From the IMG/VR virus record IMGVR_UViG_3300010885_054974, positions 1,827 to 65,826 of that record: a DNA stretch of 64,000 nucleotides. The stretch is one strand, 5' to 3'. The translations under genes and the position numbers were made by a program. The notes under the pieces are model-generated. The model was not told where the DNA came from. It saw only the letters and a program-made list of their open reading frames with translations, and searched no databases. The stretch's first letter is position 1; each line of letters starts with the position of its first letter. This DNA comes from a virus. Lineage: Duplodnaviria > Caudoviricetes. Below, piece after piece: positions 17,318-28,300 of the stretch.

Positions 17318-18838
17318 TTACGAATTTAGTTTTACTGTAGCTTCAATTATACCCTCACCGGCAGTAGTTTTGCTAGTCAATGCTCGCCCAATTACATTCC
17401 ACGGGGAAATTTCGGTTCTTGCGCCTGCTCTGGCCAATCCATTGCCTGCGCTTACTAATCTGTCACCCTTTTTAATTGGGCCAATAACTCGAACGGGAAC
17501 CCGTCCACTTACCGCAACTGGTGGGTGTGTACTATCTGATCCAGCACCGCTGTTCATCAAATAGGCTGCCTTAGTACTTATGACACCAAGGATGTTTTCA
17601 CTTAATTCTGACACCACAGCAGTGATTTCTTTGGCTCCGCCCAATTCAACCACAGTACCTGGACTGATCACTGCATCAGCTTCAAAGCGTTCTGCAACGT
17701 CCGCGTACTGTGCATGAATTGATGTACCATAAATGTTGTTCCACCAAGCAGTTGTGCTACCCAAATTGTATGTTAGATTGGCTGTTGGTACCAGGTTGGC
17801 ACCGAAAGTTGTGTTGCCACCTGACCCGCCTAGTCCTAGGCCAGTGATCGAATCGTCAACATATTTCTTGGTTGCCACACTGGTTGTAGAACCCAATGCT
17901 GTGTTGGCTGTGATTTTAACTGTGCCGTCTCCGCCCAAGGTCAATAATCTTGTTGGAGTTCCGCTAACGTTTGCAAAGAAATCCAAATTGTGCCCTGTTA
18001 CTGCACTAGAAATCCTTGCGGCACCAGATACCACAGATACAGTAACATCGCCGGCGGCACCCACTGTGAGTCCGCTGTCGCTGGAAATAGTTTGTGCCGC
18101 AGAAAATGGTGTTGTGCCCGACAATCTAGCAAATACTGATGCAGAAGATCCGCCCAATTTATCTGCATTGTTGGCATTGCCCCAATAGCGCAGTCCAACC
18201 AATGTTCCGCCAATGGTATCGTCGGCCAGGTTCATACCAGGGTTAATGGTGTTGAATCCACTGGATGTCAGCAACGGACTTGGTGTAAAAGCAGTATCTG
18301 TGCTCAAAATCGCTGCCAATTTGTTGTTGATCAAGAACTTGACAATAACATGTGTGGCTGTACCGTCGCTTAAAATATCTGCAATGGCACCCGACTGACC
18401 TGTGGTGGCTGTAAATGCAGGTCCAATCACTGTCCAACCAGCATCGCCCACACCACCGTTGTTGACTTTTAGCTGTGCATTGGCACTGTCCCACCAAAGA
18501 TCACCTGTTGCAGATGTGTCGTAGGCCGAGTCCGGTCTAGTGGCACTGGAAGTAGCACCACTGATACGCTTCCAACCCACCTCTGAACCCATGTAAACTT
18601 TAAGAACCTTGTTGGCAGCATCGTTTTTGTCCCACCAAAGTTGCCCCTCTTGTGGGTGCTGTGGCGCTGTGCCGCTGGCAAAGTTTTCTAACAACTGTAT
18701 GAAGTTTTCGTTGAGAAATTGTCCGTAGCCAGGAAAGTTTTTGCCCACTAGGGTCAGGCTGGTAGTGGTGGAGTTTGATGTACCCGGTTCAATCGATGCC
18801 AGGGTTGTGCCATCTGAATTTGTTATTGTATATGCCAT
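17318..18838 (-). CDS. Tail fibre protein with shared N-terminal anchor and C-terminal YADVAE chaperone/peptidase-like domain
   Basis: N-terminal LVGKN..GYG..LNENF..LLENFA..P..GQLW; C-terminal YADVAERF...GRVPVRVIG..KKGD.LV. Confidence 0.75.
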   Translation of the reverse strand: MAYTITNSDGTTLASIEPGTSNSTTTSLTLVGKNFPGYGQFLNENFIQLLENFASGTAPQHPQEGQLWWDKNDAANKVLKVYMGSEVGWKRISGATSSATRPDSAYDTSATGDLWWDSANAQLKVNNGGVGDAGWTVIGPAFTATTGQSGAIADILSDGTATHVIVKFLINNKLAAILSTDTAFTPSPLLTSSGFNTINPGMNLADDTIGGTLVGLRYWGNANNADKLGGSSASVFARLSGTTPFSAAQTISSDSGLTVGAAGDVTVSVVSGAARISSAVTGHNLDFFANVSGTPTRLLTLGGDGTVKITANTALGSTTSVATKKYVDDSITGLGLGGSGGNTTFGANLVPTANLTYNLGSTTAWWNNIYGTSIHAQYADVAERFEADAVISPGTVVELGGAKEITAVVSELSENILGVISTKAAYLMNSGAGSDSTHPPVAVSGRVPVRVIGPIKKGDRLVSAGNGLARAGARTEISPWNVIGRALTSKTTAGEGIIEATVKLNS

Positions 18839-18864
18839 TTAAGTAACTGCTCCAATATTAAGTT

Positions 18865-18870
18865 TATTTA
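18865..18870 (-). promoter_or_regulatory. Late promoter motif TAAATA
   Basis: tattta on the + strand upstream of the ATG at 18838, followed by a GGAG Shine-Dalgarno. Confidence 0.6.
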
Positions 18871-18879
18871 TCATGTTTT

Positions 18880-20013
18880 TTACTGATATTGGAACCAGAA
18901 ATCTCCGTCAGCACCTTGTGTATTATCCGGAGCCAATGCGCTGATATATCTACGACTTCCTTGCCATGTTGTGTTAGTACCAGTAATGGCCTGCGATACA
19001 AATGTTGTTGTGGCAAGTTTTGTGCTGACATCACCAAAAGTTGGGGTTGGGGCTGTGGGCGTGCCTGTAAATACCGGGCTTGCCAGGTTGGCTTTAAATG
19101 CCAAGTTATTGTTGGTTGCAATGGTCACAGACGCAACATTACCAGCTATTGCAGTATCAATATAGCCACGCTGTGTATCATCCTGTGACATCACATAGTC
19201 TGTGGTTGCTATTTGTGTGGTTCTTGTTCCTGCGGCCGCAGTGGGGGCGGCAGGTGTGCCTGTAAATGTTGGGTTTGCAATATTTGCTCGCAGACCAATG
19301 GCTGTGGTTGTGGATGATGTCAATGCCCCTATATTGGCCAACAGATTGGTATCTATGTAGGATCTGCGTAGATCATCTTGTGCCATCACATAGGCCGTAG
19401 TTGCTATAGATGTGGAGTTGTCAGCCACAGTGGCAGTGGGTGCTCTGGGATTCCCAGTCAGCACCGGGCTATAGGTAGTTGCTCTAAGGGCTATGGCGGC
19501 ATTGGCTGCTGTGACGTTGGCATCTAAGCTGTCTAGTCGTTGGCTCTGAACGCCAGCATTGGCAGTCAATGTTGCAATTGAACTGTTCTGTACTGCGGCG
19601 TTGGCCCATAAATTGGTAATCTGTGTGTCTTGTGCCGCGGCATTGGCATTTAGTACAGCAACATTGGCCAGTATTCTGGTATTGATAACATCAATGTTGG
19701 CCTGTATTTGCGTGTTTATTGACCCAATTGTGTTGGCCAATACTTCAGCGTTGGCCAGTGCAGTATAAGAGGATCCTGTGTAAACACTGATGGCTCGTGT
19801 ACCGGTATTGTACCATAGCTGTCCTGCAACTGGATTTGCTGGTCCACCGGTGCTGGCAAAGTTTTCCAATAAAAACAGTTGGTTTTCATTCAAGTACTCT
19901 CCGTAGCCAACAAAATTCCTACCAGCCAAGCTCAATGTTGTACTGGTGTTCAAGGTTCCGTCGGTAATATTGGCTAATATGGTTCCGTTGTAATGATTTA
20001 TTGTGTATGCCAT
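18880..20013 (-). CDS. Tail fibre protein with internal repeats
   Basis: Shared N-terminal anchor; three P.(F/L)TG.P.APT......T.(I/L)ATT.(Y/F)V repeats; C-terminal GDFWFQY. Confidence 0.75.
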   Translation of the reverse strand: MAYTINHYNGTILANITDGTLNTSTTLSLAGRNFVGYGEYLNENQLFLLENFASTGGPANPVAGQLWYNTGTRAISVYTGSSYTALANAEVLANTIGSINTQIQANIDVINTRILANVAVLNANAAAQDTQITNLWANAAVQNSSIATLTANAGVQSQRLDSLDANVTAANAAIALRATTYSPVLTGNPRAPTATVADNSTSIATTAYVMAQDDLRRSYIDTNLLANIGALTSSTTTAIGLRANIANPTFTGTPAAPTAAAGTRTTQIATTDYVMSQDDTQRGYIDTAIAGNVASVTIATNNNLAFKANLASPVFTGTPTAPTPTFGDVSTKLATTTFVSQAITGTNTTWQGSRRYISALAPDNTQGADGDFWFQYQ

Positions 20014-20018
20014 TGTTT

Positions 20019-20975
20019 TTATCCAAAATTGTTTCTGCTAAATGTAGTGGTTATAGAACTGGGAGTACCGACGCTGTCCATACGTTTCCATTCGCCTTGG
20101 CGTTTTACCCAGGCGCTTTGAATTGTTTTCCAAACCCCATCTACTTTAACTGCTAATGTATTTACCGGTTTCCATGCTCCGCTGACCTTTACACGGCCTG
20201 CGCCGCCACTGGTAAACACCAGTACTGCTTGTCCCGGAGATCCCCCGGATCCTGCCCCAATTCCGCCCTGTGCTATGCCACCTGTCCAATAGGCACTACT
20301 GGATCCGCCGGCGCCGCTGCCGTCGGCACCCACTGCCCCTGAGCTGGAGCTACCTGCACTGCCTGCAAGTCCGCCATATGCATTATCGTATCCCGGGCTG
20401 CCTCCAGCACCACTACCACCTCCACCTCCGCCACCTCCGCCACCATCACCGGGACAGTCACCACCTGTGGAATTTCCATTGGTAACGGTGGTAGGATTAC
20501 TGGCGGAGTAGGCTCCGCGGTTATTTGAACCTCCGCCACCTCCGCCACCTCCGGCGGCAAAATAGGCTGTTGTTCCATTGACCAGCAACAAGGTGGCTCC
20601 TCCGCCCCCGCCTCCGCCACCCGACCAACCCGAAGGTCCTGCATTTCCGCCACGGCCACCATTTAGATATTTTCCGTCGACTGACGCTGTGTATCCTGCG
20701 CCAGCTGAACCGCCACCTCCGCCGGAACTGCTACTGCCACCTCCGCCGGGTCCACCAACTGCAACCAATACTGTGTCGCCTGAATTAAGAGTAACGGTGT
20801 TGTTATAGTACCAACCGCCGCCGCCCGAACCTGCAGGGCCATTGCCATCTTCGCCGCCGGCTCCTCCGCCAGCCCCCCAAAGGTAAACATCAACTTCGGG
20901 TTTAAAGCCGCCAGGTACAGTAAATGACTCTGTGCCACCGTTGTATACAAATCGTTTAACTAGTTGGTTAGCCAT
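20019..20975 (-). CDS. Glycine-rich adhesin-like fibre-tip protein
   Basis: Many poly-Gly runs; Trp-repeat C-terminus VKVSGAWK..VKVDGVWK..WVKRQGEWK; start taken at ATG 20975. Confidence 0.65.
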   Translation of the reverse strand: MANQLVKRFVYNGGTESFTVPGGFKPEVDVYLWGAGGGAGGEDGNGPAGSGGGGWYYNNTVTLNSGDTVLVAVGGPGGGGSSSSGGGGGSAGAGYTASVDGKYLNGGRGGNAGPSGWSGGGGGGGGATLLLVNGTTAYFAAGGGGGGGGSNNRGAYSASNPTTVTNGNSTGGDCPGDGGGGGGGGGGSGAGGSPGYDNAYGGLAGSAGSSSSGAVGADGSGAGGSSSAYWTGGIAQGGIGAGSGGSPGQAVLVFTSGGAGRVKVSGAWKPVNTLAVKVDGVWKTIQSAWVKRQGEWKRMDSVGTPSSITTTFSRNNFG

Positions 20976-20976
20976 G

Positions 20977-22353
20977 TTAGAATACCTGTCTCCAGTCGCC
21001 TGTGTCGTAATCTTTGTTCCAGATTGCTCGAACATTTGCCCAAGTTGTTGCGCTTGTTTTTACTCGCACATTAGATACATAACTCCAAGTATTTGCATCT
21101 GTTTTAATAGTTGTCCCACCAGAACTTACCATTTGATAGACTACATTGCCCCACGGCACCCCAACGCCTGTTACAGGATCCCAATTTGAGCTTGCGGCGT
21201 ATCCGTTTAGATATGTTGTTGTAGCATTATTGCCTGTTGTTATATCATAATACGCATTTAAGTTTCCGTATAGTACAGGATGTATAGCATTAGGTATAGG
21301 TCTGCGTCCGCCAGTTAATGACATAAATCTAGCCAACATTCCTGCCATGATAGGTGTTGCGGCACTGGTGCCACCATATCCAGTCGGAGTGTTAAACCAC
21401 ATAGCATAAGCATTCATCGGCCCAGCAATATCGGGGATTCCTCGAGTAGTTAATGTAATAGGAGAACTAGCAGTTAAATTAGATACAAAATAGCGTTTGT
21501 ATGTTAATCCAGATTGCCAACTTGGTACAGGAATAGTTGTGCTTATTCCGCCGCCGCTACCCCACCCCATTTCTGTAAACAAAGGATCTCTATTTTCAAC
21601 TATTTCCGATACTCGAACATTGCCAGCACCTAACGTTAAATTAGTTCCGCCGACAGCAATAACATTTGAACTTGTTGCTGGATAAGAAACACTAACTATA
21701 TTTGCATTGGCGTACCATTCACTGCCGTAGTCGCCAGATGCGACTAGAACGCTGATACCTTTTGCGGCAGCATTTGCTAAAGGGGCCGCAAGCCAGTCTC
21801 CAAAATAATAAGTTGTTCCGCTACTGATAAATGATTCTGGATATGCCCAACTAATAGAAATAATATCACAGTTTTCATTTACAGCACGATTAATAAGATT
21901 ACCAAATCCTGTTGTTAAATTCTGCGATGGGGTCACTAACGGATTAGTAGTTCCGTAATTAGGCCCAGACTGTGTTCCAATATATATAACAATATTAGCT
22001 TTAGGTGCTATGCCGGCTACACAGTATAAGTCAAGGGTATTCTCGCCGTCAGCATCGCTAACTCCAAATGTACCCGATGCACCGTCTACCAGCACTGTAG
22101 TAATGTTAGCACTAGTAACCAGTGAATTTAGCCCCATATCACGCATAGAATTATTAAAATCTGTTGCGTTCCAACCGCCTCCCAAACTAATAATTCCAAT
22201 TTTAACGTTAGAACCAGTAGAAGGTGGCATGTTGTATGCTGTTGCTATCTGTGTAGGAGTTAACAACCCGAGTTGATTAATATTAGTCGCAGATGGGAAA
22301 CTTCCCATTGGGATAGAAAATGAATTTGAGCTAACGTTGCTAGTAGCTATCAT
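20977..22353 (-). CDS. S53 (sedolisin/kumamolisin-like) serine peptidase with a C-terminal Trp-repeat module
   Basis: ENTLD (Glu/Asp), SISW, ASGDYG (oxyanion Asp), AVGGT, RGIPD, GGTSAATP (Ser), YDIT.G.N and WDPVTGVG. Confidence 0.88.
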   Translation of the reverse strand: MIATSNVSSNSFSIPMGSFPSATNINQLGLLTPTQIATAYNMPPSTGSNVKIGIISLGGGWNATDFNNSMRDMGLNSLVTSANITTVLVDGASGTFGVSDADGENTLDLYCVAGIAPKANIVIYIGTQSGPNYGTTNPLVTPSQNLTTGFGNLINRAVNENCDIISISWAYPESFISSGTTYYFGDWLAAPLANAAAKGISVLVASGDYGSEWYANANIVSVSYPATSSNVIAVGGTNLTLGAGNVRVSEIVENRDPLFTEMGWGSGGGISTTIPVPSWQSGLTYKRYFVSNLTASSPITLTTRGIPDIAGPMNAYAMWFNTPTGYGGTSAATPIMAGMLARFMSLTGGRRPIPNAIHPVLYGNLNAYYDITTGNNATTTYLNGYAASSNWDPVTGVGVPWGNVVYQMVSSGGTTIKTDANTWSYVSNVRVKTSATTWANVRAIWNKDYDTGDWRQVF

Positions 22354-22356
22354 ATA

Positions 22357-23574
22357 TTAAAATGTCTGATACCAAATATCACCCGGGTTGCCTTGATACT
22401 GTGTCGGAGCCACCGAACTTACATAGACATTACGAGCAATATTAGAAGTCATTGCAATGTTACCATTGGAATACACATTCTGTGTTGCAATAATGTTGGC
22501 AGTGGTTGACACATTGCTGGCCAGGGCTCGCAGGTTGGCGGCCAATATAACATTGGAATACGAACTGGTACCAAAAGTTGTGTTGGCATAGGTTTGGAAT
22601 GCTTGAAGATTGGTCTGCAAAGTGGTTGCGCCAGCTGTCACTGCGGTAATTCTATTAGAAACCACCAAGTTGCCAGCATCTACATAATTCTTCATTGCGG
22701 TATTGGCATCAGTGACACTATACTCTACGCTGCCTATCCTGGTGTTGATGCCTGTGATCACCGTGCTGGTTGGCAAGTATGCGGCCACCGAGGTGTTGCC
22801 GTAATTGCTAGTACCATAATTGGCATTGGCCCAAGTGTAGAATGATCCAACATTGGCGGCCAAGGTGTTGATTACTGAATTGGTTCCAGTTATTCTAGTG
22901 GATTGTGCAGTATTAAGATCTGCAACATATATCTGCATGGCAATGTTGGCAGCAGTGATGGCCGCATTGGCCGCCAACACATTGGCATTGATACCAGTAA
23001 TGACCGGAGATACCGTTAAATAACTAGCTGTATCAGTATTTGAATAATTACTAGTTCCGTAGTGTGTATTGGCCCAGGTGTAGAATGAGCCAATGTTGGC
23101 TTCTATATCGCCAATGGCCAAATTTGCCGCAGTGATCTGCGACAACTGTATGGCGTTGTTGGCATCCACATACAGTCGCATTGCTGTGTTGGCCGCCGTG
23201 ACCAAGCCTGTGACTGCTATCACATTGGCTGTGAGACCCGAGTACAAGGCGGCCACATTGGATGCCAATCGTGTTTCAAGTTGTCCCACCGTGACTGTGG
23301 AAGTTCCTGCGCTGGCCAATTGATTAAAGGCTGTGCCATCGTAGTATTTCAAAGTGGCTGTGCTGGTGTCATACCACAATTGACCAGTTAATGGGTACAG
23401 CGGAGCAGTATCACTGGCTTGATTCTCCAACAGCCAAACAAAATTTTCATTTTGAACTGTACCATAGTTGATGTAATTCTTACCTACCAGGTTCAGGCCA
23501 GTACTGGTATCTAGTGTACCGTCCAATAAAGTCAGTAGTTGTAGTCCGTTACTTTTGTATATGGTATAGCTCAT
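22357..23574 (-). CDS. Tail fibre protein with internal repeats
   Basis: Shared N-terminal anchor; about three (AN.GSF)YTWAN..YGTSNY.N repeats; C-terminal GDIWYQ. Confidence 0.72.
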   Translation of the reverse strand: MSYTIYKSNGLQLLTLLDGTLDTSTGLNLVGKNYINYGTVQNENFVWLLENQASDTAPLYPLTGQLWYDTSTATLKYYDGTAFNQLASAGTSTVTVGQLETRLASNVAALYSGLTANVIAVTGLVTAANTAMRLYVDANNAIQLSQITAANLAIGDIEANIGSFYTWANTHYGTSNYSNTDTASYLTVSPVITGINANVLAANAAITAANIAMQIYVADLNTAQSTRITGTNSVINTLAANVGSFYTWANANYGTSNYGNTSVAAYLPTSTVITGINTRIGSVEYSVTDANTAMKNYVDAGNLVVSNRITAVTAGATTLQTNLQAFQTYANTTFGTSSYSNVILAANLRALASNVSTTANIIATQNVYSNGNIAMTSNIARNVYVSSVAPTQYQGNPGDIWYQTF

Positions 23575-23581
23575 TGTTGTA

Positions 23582-24265
23582 TTATCCTAGTGAACTCAAG
23601 TTGGTTAGAGTTTGAATTCGCACAGTATAATCGATTTGAATCAGTCTGTTCAGACTCTTTTGTACAGGATGGAAAACCACATGGGTCAACAACAAGCCTG
23701 TGGTGGTTAGACCTTCGCTGCCATCAAGGCTACGAGCTTTTAGTCCCAATTCGTCAAACACATAGTCACCGTTCAGGCTTTGACTGTTGTCAAAGGCCGC
23801 TTGGTCAGCTGGCTCACCGTAGTCCAGCAAACAAGTAACCAAGATGTCGGTATAGATGTTGCCTGGTGTGTGTAGCACTGTGATCTTGTTTCTAGCAGGG
23901 TCTGTGTTCTTGACGCTGGTATTGTCCACAATCTTGAAATATGTGGGATTGTACAAGTTGCTGTTCTGTGCGTTAGTGTTGGCTGGCAAATAACTGATAA
24001 CGCCAGTGGGGTCAACGGCTGTACCACCGTTGCCAAAGTGCATTTCGTAAATGAAACTCTGAGCTTTGTTTCCCAAGTTCTGAGCTAACGCTACAGAAAT
24101 GTTTTCGTAGTGTATAGCATTGCGTTTGTTGATGAAAACTTCGCCGGACTCGGGGTCATGGATCTTGATATGACCTTGTACATGAATTCCGCCGGTTTCA
24201 TCGGGTTTGCGTTCGGGCTTTTGAGTTTGCATTTGTTGTTTATCCTGCTGTTTATCTTGTTCCAT
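23582..24265 (-). CDS. Conserved virion/baseplate-associated structural protein
   Basis: 227 aa with FDELGL and LTHVVFHPVQKSLNR; has its own TAAATA motif. Confidence 0.6.
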   Translation of the reverse strand: MEQDKQQDKQQMQTQKPERKPDETGGIHVQGHIKIHDPESGEVFINKRNAIHYENISVALAQNLGNKAQSFIYEMHFGNGGTAVDPTGVISYLPANTNAQNSNLYNPTYFKIVDNTSVKNTDPARNKITVLHTPGNIYTDILVTCLLDYGEPADQAAFDNSQSLNGDYVFDELGLKARSLDGSEGLTTTGLLLTHVVFHPVQKSLNRLIQIDYTVRIQTLTNLSSLG

Positions 24266-24269
24266 ATGT

Positions 24270-24275
24270 TATTTA
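24270..24275 (-). promoter_or_regulatory. Late promoter motif TAAATA
   Basis: 4 nt upstream of the ATG at 24265. Confidence 0.6.
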
Positions 24276-24288
24276 TCGCTATTTTTGC

Positions 24289-25305
24289 TTACAAAATCAA
24301 GGCTTCAACCAGTTTAATGCCGGCATCGTCATTGGTTTCCAATGCCACTGCAAACACCTTACCGTCAACTAGGGTTGAATTGGCAATGGCGCACCCGCAG
24401 GTGTCGGCCACCAAGTCTTGTCCTTTGCGTACTGGACCGTTTACAAACACTGGTACTCGGCCTTTAAGAGCCACAAATACTCCGTTCTCTAGGTCTGTGT
24501 TCATTCGGTATGCAGGGTTGGCACTTATGGCACCAATGGCTCTGGCGTCGGGTTGACAAGCGGTAATTTCCGCAGTGCCGCCAATCATTACCACTGTGCC
24601 CACTGGGTATTCGGCATCGGGCAAGTACATTTCTGCCAAGTCAGCATACTGTGACGAAACAGATTTACCATAAAAGTTAATACCAAACACACTATTGTAA
24701 TATGCACTGGTTGATCCAATGTTAGATACTGCATTGGAAGTTGGGGCAACATTGCCAGTGGCCAGTGTTACCACAGTGGTTGTACCACTAAATGTTGGGG
24801 CCGCAGTGGATGCTTTGTTGTTGAAAGTGTTCCAATCGGTGCTGGTCAATACCCCGTCAGTGCTGGTAGACGCAAAACCAATTGATATGTTGGGATAAGT
24901 TGCATTGCCTGTTTTGCTCAGTGGTGTTGTTACTGTTATGCTGTTGACCACGCCACCCAATACTGTACTACTGACATTGGCAATATTGGCTGCCAAGCTC
25001 ACGCTGTTGGACTGCAATGAACTGATTTGTCCTGTGTGTATGTTGATGGTTGTTGTGTGTCCGCTTATGCTGGAGCTCAACGAGTTTATGCTGGTGTCTT
25101 GTGTGGCTGCATTAGATTGCAAACTTGAGATACTGCTCTGTAAGTTGGCAATGGTATTGCTGGTGACCAAGTTAACAAAGTCACTGAACACAGAGTATGT
25201 TGCAACTCCCAGCACATTGGACGATGTTCCTATGGTTACCACCGGCAAAATTACATTGGAACTCAGTGAGCCTATTTTTGGTAATTGACTAAATTTAATC
25301 GCCAT
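24289..25305 (-). CDS. Tail fibre-like protein with coiled coil and C-terminal YADLAE domain
   Basis: Heptad-like Ser/Ile stretch; YADLAEMY...VALKGRVPV paralogous to the C-terminus of the 17318 gene. Confidence 0.7.
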   Translation of the reverse strand: MAIKFSQLPKIGSLSSNVILPVVTIGTSSNVLGVATYSVFSDFVNLVTSNTIANLQSSISSLQSNAATQDTSINSLSSSISGHTTTINIHTGQISSLQSNSVSLAANIANVSSTVLGGVVNSITVTTPLSKTGNATYPNISIGFASTSTDGVLTSTDWNTFNNKASTAAPTFSGTTTVVTLATGNVAPTSNAVSNIGSTSAYYNSVFGINFYGKSVSSQYADLAEMYLPDAEYPVGTVVMIGGTAEITACQPDARAIGAISANPAYRMNTDLENGVFVALKGRVPVFVNGPVRKGQDLVADTCGCAIANSTLVDGKVFAVALETNDDAGIKLVEALIL

Positions 25306-25307
25306 TT

Positions 25308-28300
25308 TTATTCCTTAATTAACAATTGGTTGTTTTCTGTCATCATTATGTTATTTACTGTAGTTGTATCATCTTCGTTAGTATAATAGTCATCCAGATT
25401 CAACACAGATGTGGTTGCGCCTTCGCCCAGGAACTTCCTGGCAGGCAAGTTGTCTGAGTCCTGGAACTGCAAACCTTGATCTCTAAAATCATAATCTAAC
25501 CAGGCCAAATGATCCTGCTTGATTATGATATTTCCATCAGTTGATGTGACTCGAACTGTGCCATCGGCACCAACTGCACCCAATATGGCAACTGTGTTTG
25601 GCGCAACAGTGGTGATAGTTCCGTTCACATACAGCACACAGTTTGCGTTGGCTGTGGTAAATAATCCTGAATTGTATATCACTGCTACAGATTTACTGCT
25701 ACTTACATTGCCGCGAACAATTGCATTGGCATTGCTGTAGCGTTGAGTAATGACATCGCCAATGTTGGCTGTGATATTCCCTGTCAAAGCCACTTTATAA
25801 GTGGGGTTGTCGGCCACAGTAAACACAGAACTGATGGCATTCGACCTCCAATAGTTTATTGTGCTGTCACTGCTATAATCCCTGGAATCCGGACCCGGTT
25901 TTTCGTAGGCAGTTTTGCTGGTAATTATTGCAGTTCTGGGTTTTATGTCCGGAATTGCTTGAGCCTTGCTGACATCATACACAGTTGCGCCTTCTACATG
26001 CAATTGATTTGATGTGCCGCCAACTGCTCGTCGAATATTTCTCAATGTGTTGTTGGCTGTGTCGTTTTCCCAATAAGTTATCAACTCGCCGCCAATGAAT
26101 ATACGACCAGGCACAGCCAAATATGTGTCGGGTTTTGGCAGCCCTGAACTGTTACTGACATGAATATTGTCTGAAGTAATATCAACATTGGCCACTAGAT
26201 AAGTTGTTGCAAATCCGCTGATTCGGTAATAGTTGTGATTGCCATTGATATCAAAAAATTCTCTATAGGCAAATGTAACACCGCCTGGAACCACAGACGA
26301 ATTTGAAGATCCTACCACTTCTTGGGTGAACACACTGATGTCTATGCTTTCATGCATCACACCGGGCAGTAGTTCTTCTGGTGCATGGCTTGAGTAGTAG
26401 TCAATGTATGCACCGCCGTCTATGTTGATGTCCTCGGGTCTGCTTCCCAAGCCGGTGTCAACATAACGACTTTGAATCACAGTATCTAGCAACTGTTGAT
26501 CTGCCACATTGGCATTGAATTTTAATCCTTGTATTTTTACACCAGGGTATTCAATGCCAGTGAAGTATTGGGTTAACCAATAGCGATTATCGTGTGCGCG
26601 AGCAACTTCACTGCCAAGTGCTGTGGTGGTATCTAGATTGTCAACTTGGTTGCTGGCAATGTAGGCAATTACTCGGTCATTGGCGTTGCCAACTTCTGCG
26701 CCGGTCAATAGTTTAAATGTATCGTAGTTGAAGTTGACAGATGCGCTGATATTGGCTGCGGCACGATATGCCTGACCATTGTAAGCAACTGTTGATCCCA
26801 CTGTGTAACTGTTGGCACTGGTCCACAATGACACATTGGAATCGTATGCTGTACGGTCAAATTTCAACACACTGTCAAACTGTCTTGCTGTGCGATTACT
26901 GATTCGTGCCGCAGCCAGGCCGCCGGTGCCGGTTCCGTTGATTCTTACTTCGGGTCTAGAAGTGTATCCTGTTCCGTGATTGGTCACTGTGATGGATTTG
27001 ATTGCACCATTGCCCCAGATTGCGGCTGTTGCTGTTGCGCCTGTGCCACCACCACCAGTGATAACAACAGATGGCTCAATCACATAGCCGACACCAGGGC
27101 TACTGATTTCAATGGTGTCCACTGTGTAAGTGTGATACTGTTTCCAATACTGGTACTCAGGTGTGGTATTGATCAGTGTGGTATCTCCGGTCAACTCACC
27201 ACTAGGCGGACGATACTTGCCCAGTGTTTTATTATATAAACTTGGCAAGTCAAAGTCTGTTACATTGCTTTCAACTGTGTCATAACCTGTGTAGTCAACC
27301 ACATACTCGCGAACAATGGTTCTATACGGCTTGACTTCGTCGATATAGTCGAGGTAGTAGCCTTGATTATCCAGTACAAAACTTGGAGGTTGGCTCAGTT
27401 CCCGTAACTTATGGAAGATACTGATAAAACTGGTTTTAAATATCCAGTCCACTGACTTTTGTTCTTGTAAAATATAGTTGACTATCACAAAGAACAACTT
27501 GTTGAACTCTGCACCCAGAGAATCTATAAAGATGTCGTCACGCAGAGCTATCAATATGTTGCGAATTTCAATGCCGGGGGTTTGGTCAAATCGTACTGTG
27601 TCAAATCGATCTTCGTCCCAACCCATTTGTCCAGATGCCAGGTCATACAAGGTCGATTTGAGTTGTATGGTTCCTTTTTCTATACCAACTCGTTCTAGAG
27701 TTAGATCTGTGTTGGTTCTATAGATAGAGAACTGTCCGTTGTCATCGTAGTTGACTCTTACAACATCTCCGGCAGTCAGGGTAAGTGCGGCAATATCTTT
27801 GTATGCTGTCACTGTGTAGGTGATGCGACCAGTTGGATCATAATCCTCTGCGTACCAATCAACTTTGTCCCAGTACAATGCAGTGTTGTAATACTGAATA
27901 CGGCTGATGGCAAATGCTCTGCTGGCATCTAATGTGTAGATTGTCCACAAGCCGCTGTTGGAACTGTCGGAGGTGACCAATACTCTGTAACCAACAGGCA
28001 AAGCATTGGCTATGGATGCGCTGGTATCAATGTATCCAATGTCCTCAACTGTGGTAACGATCTTGTCATACTCGGTTGACGCTGGGATAGGATCAACTTT
28101 TTCTATGCCCAGCAGGCTGTATTGATACACAATGGGATATCTGATCAACACACCGTTCACATACTTGACAAAGTTTTCCACAGCCAGTGACTTGTTGAGT
28201 ACCAAAGTCTGCACAGGTCTGGTACTTAATCCAATCTTTGCAGATTCTGTTAATGTTGGGTCCGGAACAACTTGACCAATTGAGTCAATGCCAGACAGGC

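Noticed and set aside
20240-20880. GC-rich ccgcca/cctccg tandem repeats
   Set aside because: Explained by poly-Gly codons of the Gly-rich protein
18880-23574. Diversity-generating retroelement or invertible fibre cassette
   Set aside because: No reverse transcriptase or recombinase in the window; the repeats seen are in-frame protein repeats
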